From: Mobula hypostoma
Lineage: Eukaryota
NCBI RefSeq assembly: GCF_963921235.1
Contig: NC_086108.1
Coordinates: 98,024,001-98,088,000 of the forward strand
DNA: 64,000 nucleotides
Direction of reading: 5' to 3'
Shown: piece by piece, positions 26,335-37,592 of the stretch
How positions within the stretch are numbered: position 1 is the stretch's first letter
Layout: each line of letters begins with the position of its first letter
Position numbers and translations under genes: made by a program
Notes under the pieces: model-generated
The model's input: the letters and a program-made list of their open reading frames with translations, nothing else
Told to the model about the DNA's origin: nothing
Databases searched by the model: none

Positions 26335-27184
26335 AATGGAGTGCCAGTGTCCCACCCACTCTACCTGCCTTCACTGTTGGTGATGAAAAGCTGTCAGTAG
26401 TGCCATCTTTCAAATATCTGGGGAGCATTCTCCCTGAGGATAGCGGCATTGACAACCACGTCCAGAGCTGCATTAGACAGGCATCAGCTGCCTTTGGGAG
26501 ACTTCGGCGTAGAGTCTTTCAGAACAGGAGCCTTCATCCCTCCACAAAGGTCGCCGTATACCAAGCGGTCTGTGTCACCACCCTCCTTTATAGCTGTGAA
26601 GCTTGGGTAACCTACAGCCATCACATCAAGTCCTTGGAGCTCTTCCACATAAGTTGCCTCCAGTGCATCCTGGGAATTCCCTGGCGTGAGCGGGTGCCTC
26701 ACACTGAAATACTTGTAAAGACCAACTGCAGAAGTATTGAGGCCATGATCACCCAGCATCAGCTGCAGTGGCTGGGGCATGTGATAAGGATGTCCCCATG
26801 TTGGCTACCCTGCAGAGTGTCAGCTACATCATGGTCGATGCTCAGCTGGAGGGCTGAAGAAGCGCTATAAGGATCAGATGAAGAACGCTTTAAGGAAGTG
26901 CAAGATCAGACCCGAGGACCTGGAGGAGGTTGCTGCTGACCGTACCACTTGGCGACAGCTGAGTAGGGACAGGGTTCGTATTCTGGAGATGGAAAGAACA
27001 ACCAGAAGACAGCAGAAGAGAGCCAGGAGAAATGCAGCCATGGTTGCCACCACTACCACATATACATGTCCCACCTGCAATAGAGCTTGTGGGTCCAGGA
27101 TAGGACTGTATAGTCAAAGATCTCACCGTTAAAGGAGTGGATGTTGTCATCGGATTTCGATGGACAACCGAAGATGAAGAAGAG
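26335..27184 (+). mobile_element. RTE-clade LINE 3' fragment
   Basis: FKYLGS..I.QASAAFGRL..KVAVYQAVCVTTLLYSCEAW..LQWLGHVIRM; C-terminal YTCPTCNRACGSRIGLYS; (GAA)n-like tail. Confidence 0.88.
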
Positions 27185-27549
27185 GGTATGAGCTTGCTGT
27201 TATATGCCCTATGTGTCCCTTGTGCTGTGTGTGACTGTGGGACTGTGTTTTGCATCTTGGCCCTGGAGTAAAGCTGTTACATTTGATGTATTTATGGATA
27301 TTCATGTACAGTCGAATGACAATTAAACTTGAACTTGACCTTCGCTGGTCAAAGGCAAAGTAGTCAAAGTAAAATTATTATCAAAGTACGAACACGGTAC
27401 CATATACTACCTTGAGATCCATTTTCTTGCAGGAATTCACAGTAAAACAAAGAAATACAACAGAATCAATGAAAAGGTGGGCATATAAAAATAAATAAAT
27501 AAACACTGGAAACATCAGTTGTGGAGTCCTGGAAAGTGAGTCCATGCAT

Positions 27550-28581
27550 TGTAGGGTACCGCAGTGTTCAGTGCTGGGACCGCAGCTGTTTACAATATAC
27601 ATTAATGATTTAGATGAGGAAATTAAAAGTAACATTAGCAAATTTGCCAATGACACAAAGCTGGGTGGCAGTGTGAAATGTGAGGAGGATGTTATGAGAA
27701 TGCAGGGTGACTTGGACAGGCTGGGTGAGTGGGCAGATGCATGGCAGATGCAGTTTAATGTGGATAAATGTGAGGTTATCCACTTTGGTGGTAAGAACGA
27801 GAAGGCAGATTATTATCTAAATGGAGTCAAGTTAGGAAAAGGGGAAGCACAACAAGATCTAGGTGTTCTTGTACATCAGTCACTGAAAGCAAGCATGCAA
27901 GTACATCAGGCAGTGAAGAAAGCTAATGGCATGCTGGCCTTCATAACAAGGGGAATTGAGTATAAGAGCAAAGAGGTCCTTCTGCAGCTGTACAGGGCCC
28001 CAGTGAGACCACACCTGGAGTACTGTGTGCAGTTTTGGTCTCCAAATTTGAGGAAGGACATTCTTGCTATTGAGGGAGTGCAGCGTAGGTTCACAAGGTT
28101 AATTCCCGGGATAGTGGGACTGTCATATGTCGAAAGATTGGAGCGACTGGGCTTGTATACTCTGGAATTTAGAAGGCTGAGAGGGGATCTCACTGAAACA
28201 TATAAGATCATTAAGGGATTTGACATGCTGGAGGCAGGAAGCATGTTCCCGCTGATGGGTGAGTCCAGAACCAAAGGCCACAGTTTAAGAATAAGGGGTA
28301 GGCCATTTAGAACGGAGTTGAGGAAAAACTTTTACACCCAGAGAGTGGTGGTTATATGGAATGCTCTGCCCCAGAAGGCTGTGGAGGCCAAGTCTCTGGA
28401 TGCTTTCAAGAAAAAGATGGATAGAGCTCTTAAAGATAGCGGAATCAAAGGTTATGGGGGTAAGGCAGGAACTGGATACTGATTGTGGATGATCAGCCAT
28501 GATCACAGTGAATGGCGGTGCTGGCTCAAAGGGCCGAATGGCCTACTCCTGCACCTATTGTCTATTGTCTATTGTCTATTG
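27550..28581 (+). mobile_element. 5'-truncated CR1 with about 310 uninterrupted ORF2 codons
   Basis: VPQCSVLGPQLF..KFANDT..to the natural stop at 28482; (TCTATTG)n tail. Inserted in a Rex-like minus-strand element. Confidence 0.92.
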
Positions 28582-28911
28582 AATCAGTTCCGTATTGTGG
28601 TGACTGAAGTTATCAATGCTGGTTCCGAAATTGATGGTGGTAGGGTGATAACTGTTCCTGAATCTGGTGGTGTGGGACCTAAGGCTCCTGTGCATCCTTC
28701 CTGATGGCTCAATGAGAAGAAGGCATGGCCTGGATGGTGGGGGTCCTTGATGTTGGAGGGGCTTTCTCGTGGCAGCACTCCATGTAAATGACTTTGCCTG
28801 TGATGGACCAGGTTTCCACTCTTTTCCACTCCTGAGCATTAGTGTTTCCATAACAGGCCATGATGCAACCAGTCAGGACACTGTCCACTGTGCATCTGTC
28901 GAAGTTTGTCA

Positions 28912-29370
28912 ACTCGTGAACTGGGCTTGTACTCGTTGAACTGGGCTTGTACTCGTTGGAATTTAGAAGATTGAGGGGGGATCTGATTGAAACGTATAAG
29001 ATCCTAAAGGGATTGGACAGGCTAGATGCGGGAAGATTGTTCCCGATGTTGGGGAGGTCCAGAACGAGGGGTCACAGTTTGAGGATAGAGGGGAAGCCTT
29101 TTAGGACCGAGATTAGGAAAAACTTCTTCACACAGAGAGTGGTGAATCTGTGGAATTCTCTGCCACAGCAAACTGTTGAGTCCAGTTCATTAGCTATGTT
29201 TAAAAGGAAGTTAGATATGGCCCTTGTGGCTACAGGGGTCAGGGGGTATGGAGGGAAGGCTGGGTTCTGAGTTGGATGATCAGCCATGATCATAATAAAT
29301 GGCGGTGCAGGCTCGAAGGGCCGAATGGCCTACTCCTGCACCTATTTTCTATGTTTCTATGTTTCTATGT
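28912..29370 (+). mobile_element. Short CR1 3' fragment inside a Rex-like element (about 28582-29460, minus)
   Basis: YSLEFRRLRGDLIETYK; (TTTCTATG)n tail; very similar to 5470-5900. Confidence 0.9.
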
Positions 29371-29647
29371 AAAATTTTACATGATGTGCCAAATCTTCGT
29401 AAAGTTCTAAGAAAGTGGAAGCATATTGTGCCTTCTTTGTAATAGTATTTATATGCTGGATTTTTCTGTTCCTGGGAATAAATGTTTCCAAACCAGGCCA
29501 AGATGCAACCAGTTAGGATAGTCTCCAGTCATTGTCTTTTAAAATTTTAAATGTCTTTTAAACGTTGTAAATGTACCTGCCCCTACAATTTCCTTTGCTC
29601 ACTCGTTCTGTATATCCACCACTATCTGTGTGAAAAACGCTCCTCCC

Positions 29648-29875
29648 CGAAGCACCTTCAATAACTCCAAAAGATTGAAGTAGGGTAAATACTGAAAGGC
29701 TTTTATTCGCAGTAAAATACGGCTTCCATGCTGAGCGTCTGCCCCTGGACTGAGGGGCAGGGGCAGGGCGAAATCACCTTTATTCAGGGCTTTGTGGGAG
29801 GAGCCACAGGGACAGTCAGCAGAGGGGCGTGTCCAGACAGTTAACCCAGTTACAACATATATATGCTTTACCACA
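29648..29875 (-). mobile_element. Short solo LTR family B, second copy
   Basis: Reverse complement of 20527-20765; flanks CTCCC/CCCCC. Confidence 0.75.
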
Positions 29876-30807
29876 CCCCCTCCACATGTACCCTTTAATT
29901 CTTGCATCTCTCAGCTTAAACCCATCTTCTCCGGAGAGATGAAGGGTTCTGACACCAAAATGCCAACTGTCCATTCTGCTCCCCCCGCCCCACTCCCCGT
30001 GCTGCCTGACCTGCTGAGTTTCTCCAGCATTTGTCTGCTCTCCTTATTTTCGTTAATCCTCTCTGAGTCAGCTTAAGTCACCTAAAACAAAATTGCAGCC
30101 TGGGACAGATTTTGTTCGGCACTCTTGGGACATGTACAGAGGACGATGTAAATTAAAACTGTTGCTTTATTTATTAACGTTCACTCACTGGGAATTGGTC
30201 TACATGGGTAATGGTGAAAGTGTGTTGCTGTGTGGACTAAGAGACCAACAAGGATCAAGGATCAACTTTATTTGCCATATACATTTGCTGTGGTGAGTTG
30301 GCATTAAGTGCAACACAAAACCAACAACATTCAACAGTTATATACAAAAATTGCATATATAAAATAAATTTTGAAGTACCAATATGGTATTAACTGTGCA
30401 TGAATACTTAAATACCAGTGTGTACTTACAATGTAAACAGCATTATAAAAAGTAGTTTAAAGTGTTTACAGCACAGTGTAGCCATTGTTTGGAGCTAACT
30501 AGAACTAGATTTATTGCCTAGGGGAAGAAACTTTTAAGATGCCGTGAAGCTTTTGTTTTAATAGCCCACTTAATCACACTTAATGTCAAGTTCTTGATCA
30601 ATATGCAAAAGACAATTTCCTGTTTATGGAAAGAAAGACGATACAGCATGAAGCTACCATTTGGGTGAAGTGAGGTTATCATAACGTCTCTCCTTCTCAT
30701 GCATAAACAGCCTGCTGAATATCTGTGAGATTTCATGGAAATTGACTGAAGTTCTAGAGGCACCAGGGAAGATGAAGTGTATGTATTCTTGTACCTGCCA
30801 GCATTTA

Positions 30808-31330
30808 TTCATAGAGCATTGAACACGGCACTGTACAGGTCCTTCGGCCCACAATATTCTGCCAACCTTTTAACCAACTCCAAGATCAATCTAACACTTC
30901 CCGCCCACACAACCCTGCATATTTCTTTCATCTGTGTGTCTGAGTCTCCCAAGTGTCCCTAATGTATCTGCTCCTACCACCACCCCTGTCAACACCTTCC
31001 ATGCACCTACCGTACTCGTGTAAAAAAAACCCAGCTCTGACATCACCTCTGTGTTTTTCTCCAATCACCTTAAAAATATGCTCTCTTGTATTAGCCATTG
31101 CCACCTTGGGAAAAAGGTGATGGCTCTCCATTCTGTCTATGCCTCGTATCATCTGATGCATCTCTATCAGTTCACCTGTTGTCCTTCGTCAATCCAAAGA
31201 GAAAAGCATTCGCTTGCTCAGCCTTCCCTCATAAGACACGCTCTCTAATCAAGGTGTCCTGGTAAATCTCTGCACTCTCTCTAAAGCTTCCCGTCCTTCC
31301 TACAATAATGCAGCCAGAACTGAACTCAAG
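30808..31330 (-). mobile_element. Degraded CR1 3' fragment
   Basis: MIRGIDRMESHHLFPK; CR1 tail complement (cactgtacaggtccttcggcccac). Confidence 0.7.
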
Positions 31331-31734
31331 TCCGTATGACCTGCCTCCCTAACCCAGAGGGCTGTTGGTGGAGTCCCACTGCAGAGAAGAATACAGTTTG
31401 AACCACTCAGCTTAGGCAGTAATGAAGAAGGTAAAGCTCCACCATCCCCGCTTGCTCTGCTCAATATGCTGCATATTCCTCAACCAAAACTGAAAAATTT
31501 TCTCATCAGACTCAGTGTTGTCAGTAGGACATTTACTTTAATTCTCTTGTCTGATCTCGGGAACAAGGTGTAAAAAGAAATTCACTCCTCTCAGGAGGTT
31601 ACTAGCAACTATTCACAAGTTTGGTCAGTGTATAAATGTTGCCTTATAATGAAGCCTAACAGCACTTCACCAAGGTTGATTGCAAATGGATTTGTTAGAG
31701 CATTTTCTGCAAGAGTCACAGGAGAGCCTTCAGA

Positions 31735-32622
31735 ACATAAACACAAGAAAGTCTGCAGATGCTGGAGATACAAAGCAACACACGCAACATGCCGGAGGAA
31801 CACAGCGGGTCAGGTTGCATCAATGGAGGTAGCAAACATTTCGGGTGGAGACCCTCATTCAGGATTGGAACGAAAGGGAGAAGTGGCCAAAATAAAAAGG
31901 TGGGGGAAGAGAAGGAAGATAGCTAGAAGATGATAGGTGGAGCCAGATGAGTAGGAAAGGTAAAAGGTTGGAGAGTAAGGAACCTTATAGGAGAGGAGAG
32001 TGGACCATTGGAGAAAGGGAAGAAGGAGGAGACCCAGGGGGAGGTGATAGGCAGGTATCTTTGAGGACCTAACCTGGCCTCGACATTTCAATGCAGCTAT
32101 AAAGAAGGCAAGATAGCAGCTATATTTCACCAGGAGCTTGAGGAGACTTGGTTTGTCACCTAAAGCACTTGAAAACTTCTACAGAAGTACCGTGGAGAGC
32201 ATTCTAACTAGCTGCAGAGAGTTGCTAAATCAGCCAGCTCAATCATGGGTGGTAGCCTCCGTAGTATCCAAGACATCTTCAAGAAGCGGAGCCTCAAAAT
32301 GGACTCCCATCTCTGGGAGCCCTCTTCTCATTGTTACCATCAGGAAGGAGGTACAGAAGCCTGAAGGCACTCATTCAGTAATTCAAGAACAGCCTCTTCC
32401 CTTCTGACATGCGATTTCTAAATGGACATTGAACCCATGAGCACTACCTCAATACTATGTTTATTTGGTTTTGTGCCACTTATTTTAACCATTGAATATA
32501 CAGATACATATTTACTGTAATTCAGTTTTTTTCCTGTATTTATCACGTATTGCATTGTACGGCTGCTGCAAAGTGAACAGATTTCACGACATAGGCCGGT
32601 GATATGAAACCTGATTCTGATT
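31735..32622. mobile_element. Penelope-like terminal repeat (minus, 31735-32055) abutting a Rex-like fragment (plus, 32055-32622)
   Basis: ctgcagatgctgga...aagcaacacac repeat; LRRLGLSPKALENFYRSTVESILT; ctgattctgattct tail. Confidence 0.6.
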
Positions 32623-32669
32623 CTGTGTGTGAAGAGGTAAGAGGCCAGACTGGAGAATAGAGAGTCAAT

Positions 32670-32812
32670 CACAAACAAGAGAAAATCTGCAGATGCTGGA
32701 AATCCAAGCAACACACACAAAATGCTGGAGGAACTCAGCAGGCCAGGCAGCGTCTATGGAGAAGAGTAAACATCGATGTTCTTGGGCCAAGACCCTCCGG
32801 CAGGACCAGACT
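32670..32812 (-). mobile_element. Short Penelope-like terminal-repeat unit
   Basis: 10-bp TSD GAGAGTCAAT (32660-32669 / 32813-32822); it landed in an older copy of the same repeat. Confidence 0.75.
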
Positions 32813-33796
32813 GAGAGTCAATGTTGCAGACCTAGACCCTTCGTGAATGTCAACTATTTATTTTCCACCACAGATGCTGCCTGACCTGCTGAGTTCCTCC
32901 AGCACTTTGTGTTTGTTGTTCAGAGCAGGGGATGAGCACACGACAGCATGTCACATGCTCACTGGTCCACATGATGGCCAATGTCCAACGCCCTCTTTGT
33001 CTCTGTCTGAAGCAACATCATTTCAGCATTATTGAGGCAGCCTACATGGGCAATGCAGAGAAGGTCAGTGTTTATCTGCCAGTGCTAACTACCCTCAAGA
33101 AGATGACAATGAGCCCCCTCCTTGTGGGGCTGGTGCTGCTTATTTATGTTTTTATATTTTAGAGAAACAGCACGTTAATGAGCCTGCGTTAGTCCTCAAC
33201 CAATTAGGTTTCCACAGTCCCGCCTTGTTTAAAACCGTATTCCAGATCTTACTTGGAGCGAGACCTTCGTCTTTGTTGAAATTCTTATTTCAATGGCTTC
33301 CTTCACCAGGTGATCCCAAAAGCAGTTCTGTGCCGTCAAAGCCAATCCTGTGACATTGAATGATGTGTAAATATCTGAAGAATATCACCACACTCCTCGT
33401 CTTTCAATTTACCAAAGACAGTCAAATCCAATGACATTTCTCAATTTACTTCAACTTTGAAATTCGAATGTGCTCTGTTGTTAGCAGTGATAGGTGTGAG
33501 GGGAATAGTGGAGTGTGTGAGGTGATTAGTGAATTTGGTAGGATGCCCTCGGGCTTGGTATAGCAACCGCTTTGCTGATGTCTGCAGGGAGTTATGGACA
33601 CAGCTCAGCACATCACAGGAACCCATTTCCCCCTATGGACTCTGTTTATATTTCTCGCTGCCTCAGTACTGGTCAGGATAATCAAAGATTCCCCCCCACC
33701 CCCCAGGACAAAAGATATAAAAGTGTGAACATATCACCAGACTCAAGGATAGTTTCTATCCCACTGTTATCAGACTTAAATGGACCTCATGTATGA

Positions 33797-34995
33797 TAAG
33801 AACATAGAACATAGAAATCTACAGCACATTACAGGCCCTTCAGCCCACAATGTTGTGCCGACCATGTAACCTACTCCAGAAATTGCCTGGAATTTCCCTA
33901 GCACATAGCCCTCGATTTTTCTAAGCTCCATGTACCTATCTAAGAGTCTCTTAAAAGACCCTATTGTATCCGCTTCCGCAACCATTGCCAGCAGTGCATT
34001 CCAAGCACCCACCACTCCCTGTGTGAAGAACTTACCCTGACATCTCCTCGGTACCTATTTCCAAGCATCTTAAAACTATGCCCCCTCATGCTAGCCATTT
34101 CAGCTTGGGAAAAAGCCTCTGACTATCCACACGATCAATGCCCCTCATCATCTTATACACCTCTATCAGGTCACTTCTCATCCTCCGAAGCTCCAAGGAG
34201 AAAAGGTACGGTTCACTCAACCTATTCCCATAAGGTACCCCCTCCAATCCAGGCAATATCCTTGTAAATCACCTCTGCAATCTTCCTATAGTATCCACAT
34301 CCTTCCTGTAGTGAGGTGACCAGAACTGAACACAGTACCTCAAGTGGGGTCTGACCAAGGTCTTATATAACTGTAACATTACCTTATGGCTTTTGAACTC
34401 AGTCCCACAGTTGATGAATGCCAACGCACTATATGCCTTCTTAACAACACTGTCAACCTACACAGCAGCTTTGAGTGTCCTATGGACTCGGACCCCAAGA
34501 TCTCTCAGATCCTCCACACTGCCAAGAGTCTTACCATTAATATTATATTCTGTCTTCAAATTTGACCTACCAAAATGAACCACTTCGCACTTATCTGGGT
34601 TGAAGTCCATCTGCCACTTCTCAGCCCAGTTTTGCATCAATGTCCCACTGTAATCACTGACAACCCTCCAGACTATCCACAACACCCCCAACTTCGTGTC
34701 ATCAGCAAACTTACTAACCCAACCTTCTACTTCTTATTCCAGGTCATTCATAAAAATCGCAAAGAGGAGGGGACCCAGAACAGATCCCTGCAGAATACCA
34801 CTGCTCACCAACCTCCATCCCAAATACGAACCATCTACAACACCCTTTGCCTTCTGTGGGAAAGCCATTTCTGGATCCACAAAACAAGGTTTCCCTGGAT
34901 CCCAATCTTCCTTACTTTCTGGAAGAGCCTGGCATGGGGAACCTTATCAAATGCCTTACTGAAATCCATATACACTACATCTACCTTCATCAATG
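33797..34995 (-). mobile_element. CR1 3' RT fragment
   Basis: VDVVYMDFSKAFDKVPH, WAEKWQM; gaacatagaacatagaa tail complement. Confidence 0.88.
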
Positions 34996-35234
34996 TGTTT
35001 TGGTAAGATGGATTATCTGCCTCAGAATCTAGTTTGTTATGATCTTGTGTTTCACTGCTTACTTGCACTGAACTTTTTTGGTAGCTTATACACTATGTAC
35101 TTCCAAGTTATTATTTTACCGTATTCTACCTTGATGCACTGTGTTATGATTTGATCTGTATAAGTATTTTAAGACTATCTCAATGCTCAATATAGTATGC
35201 AAGACAAGCTTTTCACTGTATCTTGGTACATACG

Positions 35235-35498
35235 ACCCAGCTGGTGGCATAGTGGCATCAGTGCTGGACTTTGGGACAAAAGGTCCGGAGTTCGAATCCA
35301 GCCAGCTCCCCTGCACACTTTCCACCCGTGCTGGGTTACGAGCTGGTGATCTGTTTGGAAACTCACCCAGCAGAAGGCAATGGCAAACCACTGCTGCAAC
35401 CTGCCTCGTACGTGGTTCCCCACTACATCAGAGAGGCGTGGGGGGAAATCGTCCACTAACTGGAGAAACTCCAGATGTGACGTACCTTTCCTTTCCTT
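35235..35498 (+). mobile_element. tRNA-derived SINE with RTE/BovB-like segment
   Basis: A box TGGCATAGTGG, B box GTTCGAATCC, internal GAAGGCAATGGCAAACCACT, (CCTTT)n tail, 12-bp TSD TTGGTACATACG (35223-35234 / 35499-35510). Confidence 0.82.
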
Positions 35499-35577
35499 TT
35501 GGTACATACGTGTGATAATAATAAACCAATACAGACTGCAGCAGCGACCCAGAGTTCTTTGCTGAAACATTTGGATA

Positions 35578-36245
35578 ATTGAAATGAATTGAATTGACTT
35601 TATTTCTTACATTGTTCACATACATGAGGAGTAACAATCTTTTTGTTATGTCTCCATCTAAATGTGCCATGTGCAATCATAGTAATTTTTAATAATTTAT
35701 AATAAATAGAACAGTAAATGTAATACAGAGTACACTCAAATCAGCATGAGTTCATCAGTCTGATGGCCTGGTGGAAGAAGCTGTCCCGAAGCCTGTTGGT
35801 CCTGGCTTTTATGCTGTGGTACCATTTCCCAGATGGTAGCAGCTGGAATAGATTCTGGTTGGGGTGACTTGGGTCCCCGATGACCCTATGGGCGCTTTTT
35901 ATACACCTGTCCTTGTAAATGTCCTGAATCATGGGAAGTTCACAACTACAGATGTGCTGGGCTGTCTGCACCACTCTCTGCAGAGTCCTGCGATTAAGGG
36001 AGATACAGTTTCCATACCAGGCAGTGATGCAGCCAGTCAGGATGCTCTCAATTGTGCCCCTGTAGAAAGTTCTTGGGATTTTGGGGCCCATACCAAACTT
36101 CCTCAACCGTCTGAGGTGAAAGAGGCACTGTTGTGCCTTTTTCACCACACAGCTGGTGTGTACAAACCACATGAGGTCCTCGGTGATGTGGATGCCAAGG
36201 AACTTAAAGCTGTTTACCCTCTCAACCCCAGATCCATTGATGTCA
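35578..36245 (-). mobile_element. Rex1/Babar-like LINE 3' end
   Basis: KKAQQCLFHLRRLRKFGM..FYRGTIESILTGCITAWYGN..DPSHP..SFFHQAIRLMN; (TTCAA)n-like tail. Confidence 0.85.
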
Positions 36246-36554
36246 CAATGCCAGTTACATTTCCTGACTTAATGTACATAATTTGGTGGAATATGCTAGC
36301 TGGACACACCAATCTGCCCAAGGGTTGTATAGTGCTGAACACAGGTAATCGTTGTGTACCTGGCTTGCCCCTGTTCTGTTGACTGCTTCAAAAAGCAGCT
36401 AACATGTAGACTCTATAAGTTGCTGGTCAGATCAGTGTGATATGGCACAATGAGAATCCTCTACTATGAAACCTCATTTGAGCTTTGCAATACCTGATTC
36501 TATAATCAAATAAACTATTATACCTGATTTGAGATTCAGCTGCTTAATTAAGTC

Positions 36555-37137
36555 CAAACTTCACTAGTCAGGGGATTGAGTTCAAGAACTGTGAGGCAAT
36601 GTCACAGCTCTGTAAAACCCTGCTTAGATGGCACTAGGAATATTGTGTTCAGTTCTGGTCGCCTCATCATAGGAAGGGTGTGGAAGCTTTAACGAGACTG
36701 CAGGGGAGTTAGCAGGATGCTGCCAGGCTGAGATGCCATGACTTGTGAAGATAAGTTGAATGAGCTTGGGTTTTTCTCTTTGGAGAAAAGAGGAATGAGA
36801 GGTGACTTGATGGAGATGTACAGGGTGATAAGAGCATAACCAGAGACCTTTACCCCAGGGCATAGATGGTTTATACGACAAGGGCATAATTTTAAGGTGA
36901 GTGGAAGAAAGTTCTTTACACAGTGAGTGGTGGATGCATGGAACTCTCTGCTAGGGGTGATGGTAGAGGCAAACACGTTAGGGTGTATAAGAAACTCTTA
37001 GATCGGCACATGGATAATAGAAAAATGGAGGGTTAGGTGAGAGGACAGGGCTAGATTGACCTTTGAGGTTAAAAGGTCTGCATAACATCATGGGCCAAAA
37101 GGCCTGTACTGTGCTGTAATATTCTATGTTCTATGTT
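36555..37137 (+). mobile_element. Degraded CR1 3' fragment
   Basis: tattgtgttcagttctggtcgcctcat; ttctatgttctatg tail. Confidence 0.75.
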
Positions 37138-37217
37138 TTATTTTCAGCTATTTTTCATAAACTTCAAATTAGTTTTTGTGTTTTTTTTTTGTTTTCAAAG
37201 CATTCCAATAAACTAAT

Positions 37218-37592
37218 AACAGGAGTTGCCAGTCAACGCAGGACAGCCTTGAGGACTCCAGCTCTGCATTTACTCCCGAAGCCTTCCCTATGAGTGGGAA
37301 GAGATTCAAGGCAGCGGAGGTTTGATTTCTTTCTCCTAGATGAGCTGCCAACCACGGTCGATGCGCCCCATCTACCTGAAGTGTCTGGCTGCAAGGCACC
37401 AGTAACCCACCTTTACCCCTTCTCCTGACCGTAGAAATGGTTCCACTGCGCTTAGGAGCTAAGCCACACGTGAAGGCTAGGAGCTGGGCTTGGTTGTCAG
37501 AGGCTATTTGAGATGCAACCACTGGGAACATTTAAAAGGTAGTGGGAGATTATCCCCATTACCACCCCCGGCTATGACAACCTTAAGGAACC
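37218..37592 (-). mobile_element. Probable RTE 5'UTR-like or non-autonomous repeat
   Basis: Minus strand ggcagctcatctaggagaaag.. resembles RTE 5' leaders; recognition by memory only. Confidence 0.3.

Noticed and set aside
27544..28482. 312-aa ORF as a possible domesticated or active gene
   Set aside because: 5'-truncated CR1 ORF2. The ATG comes from flanking DNA, the catalytic FADD is mutated to FAND, and the LINE tail follows.
35235..35310. tRNA gene
   Set aside because: The A/B boxes belong to a SINE head. It continues into the SINE body, is bounded by a TSD, and no full cloverleaf is evident.
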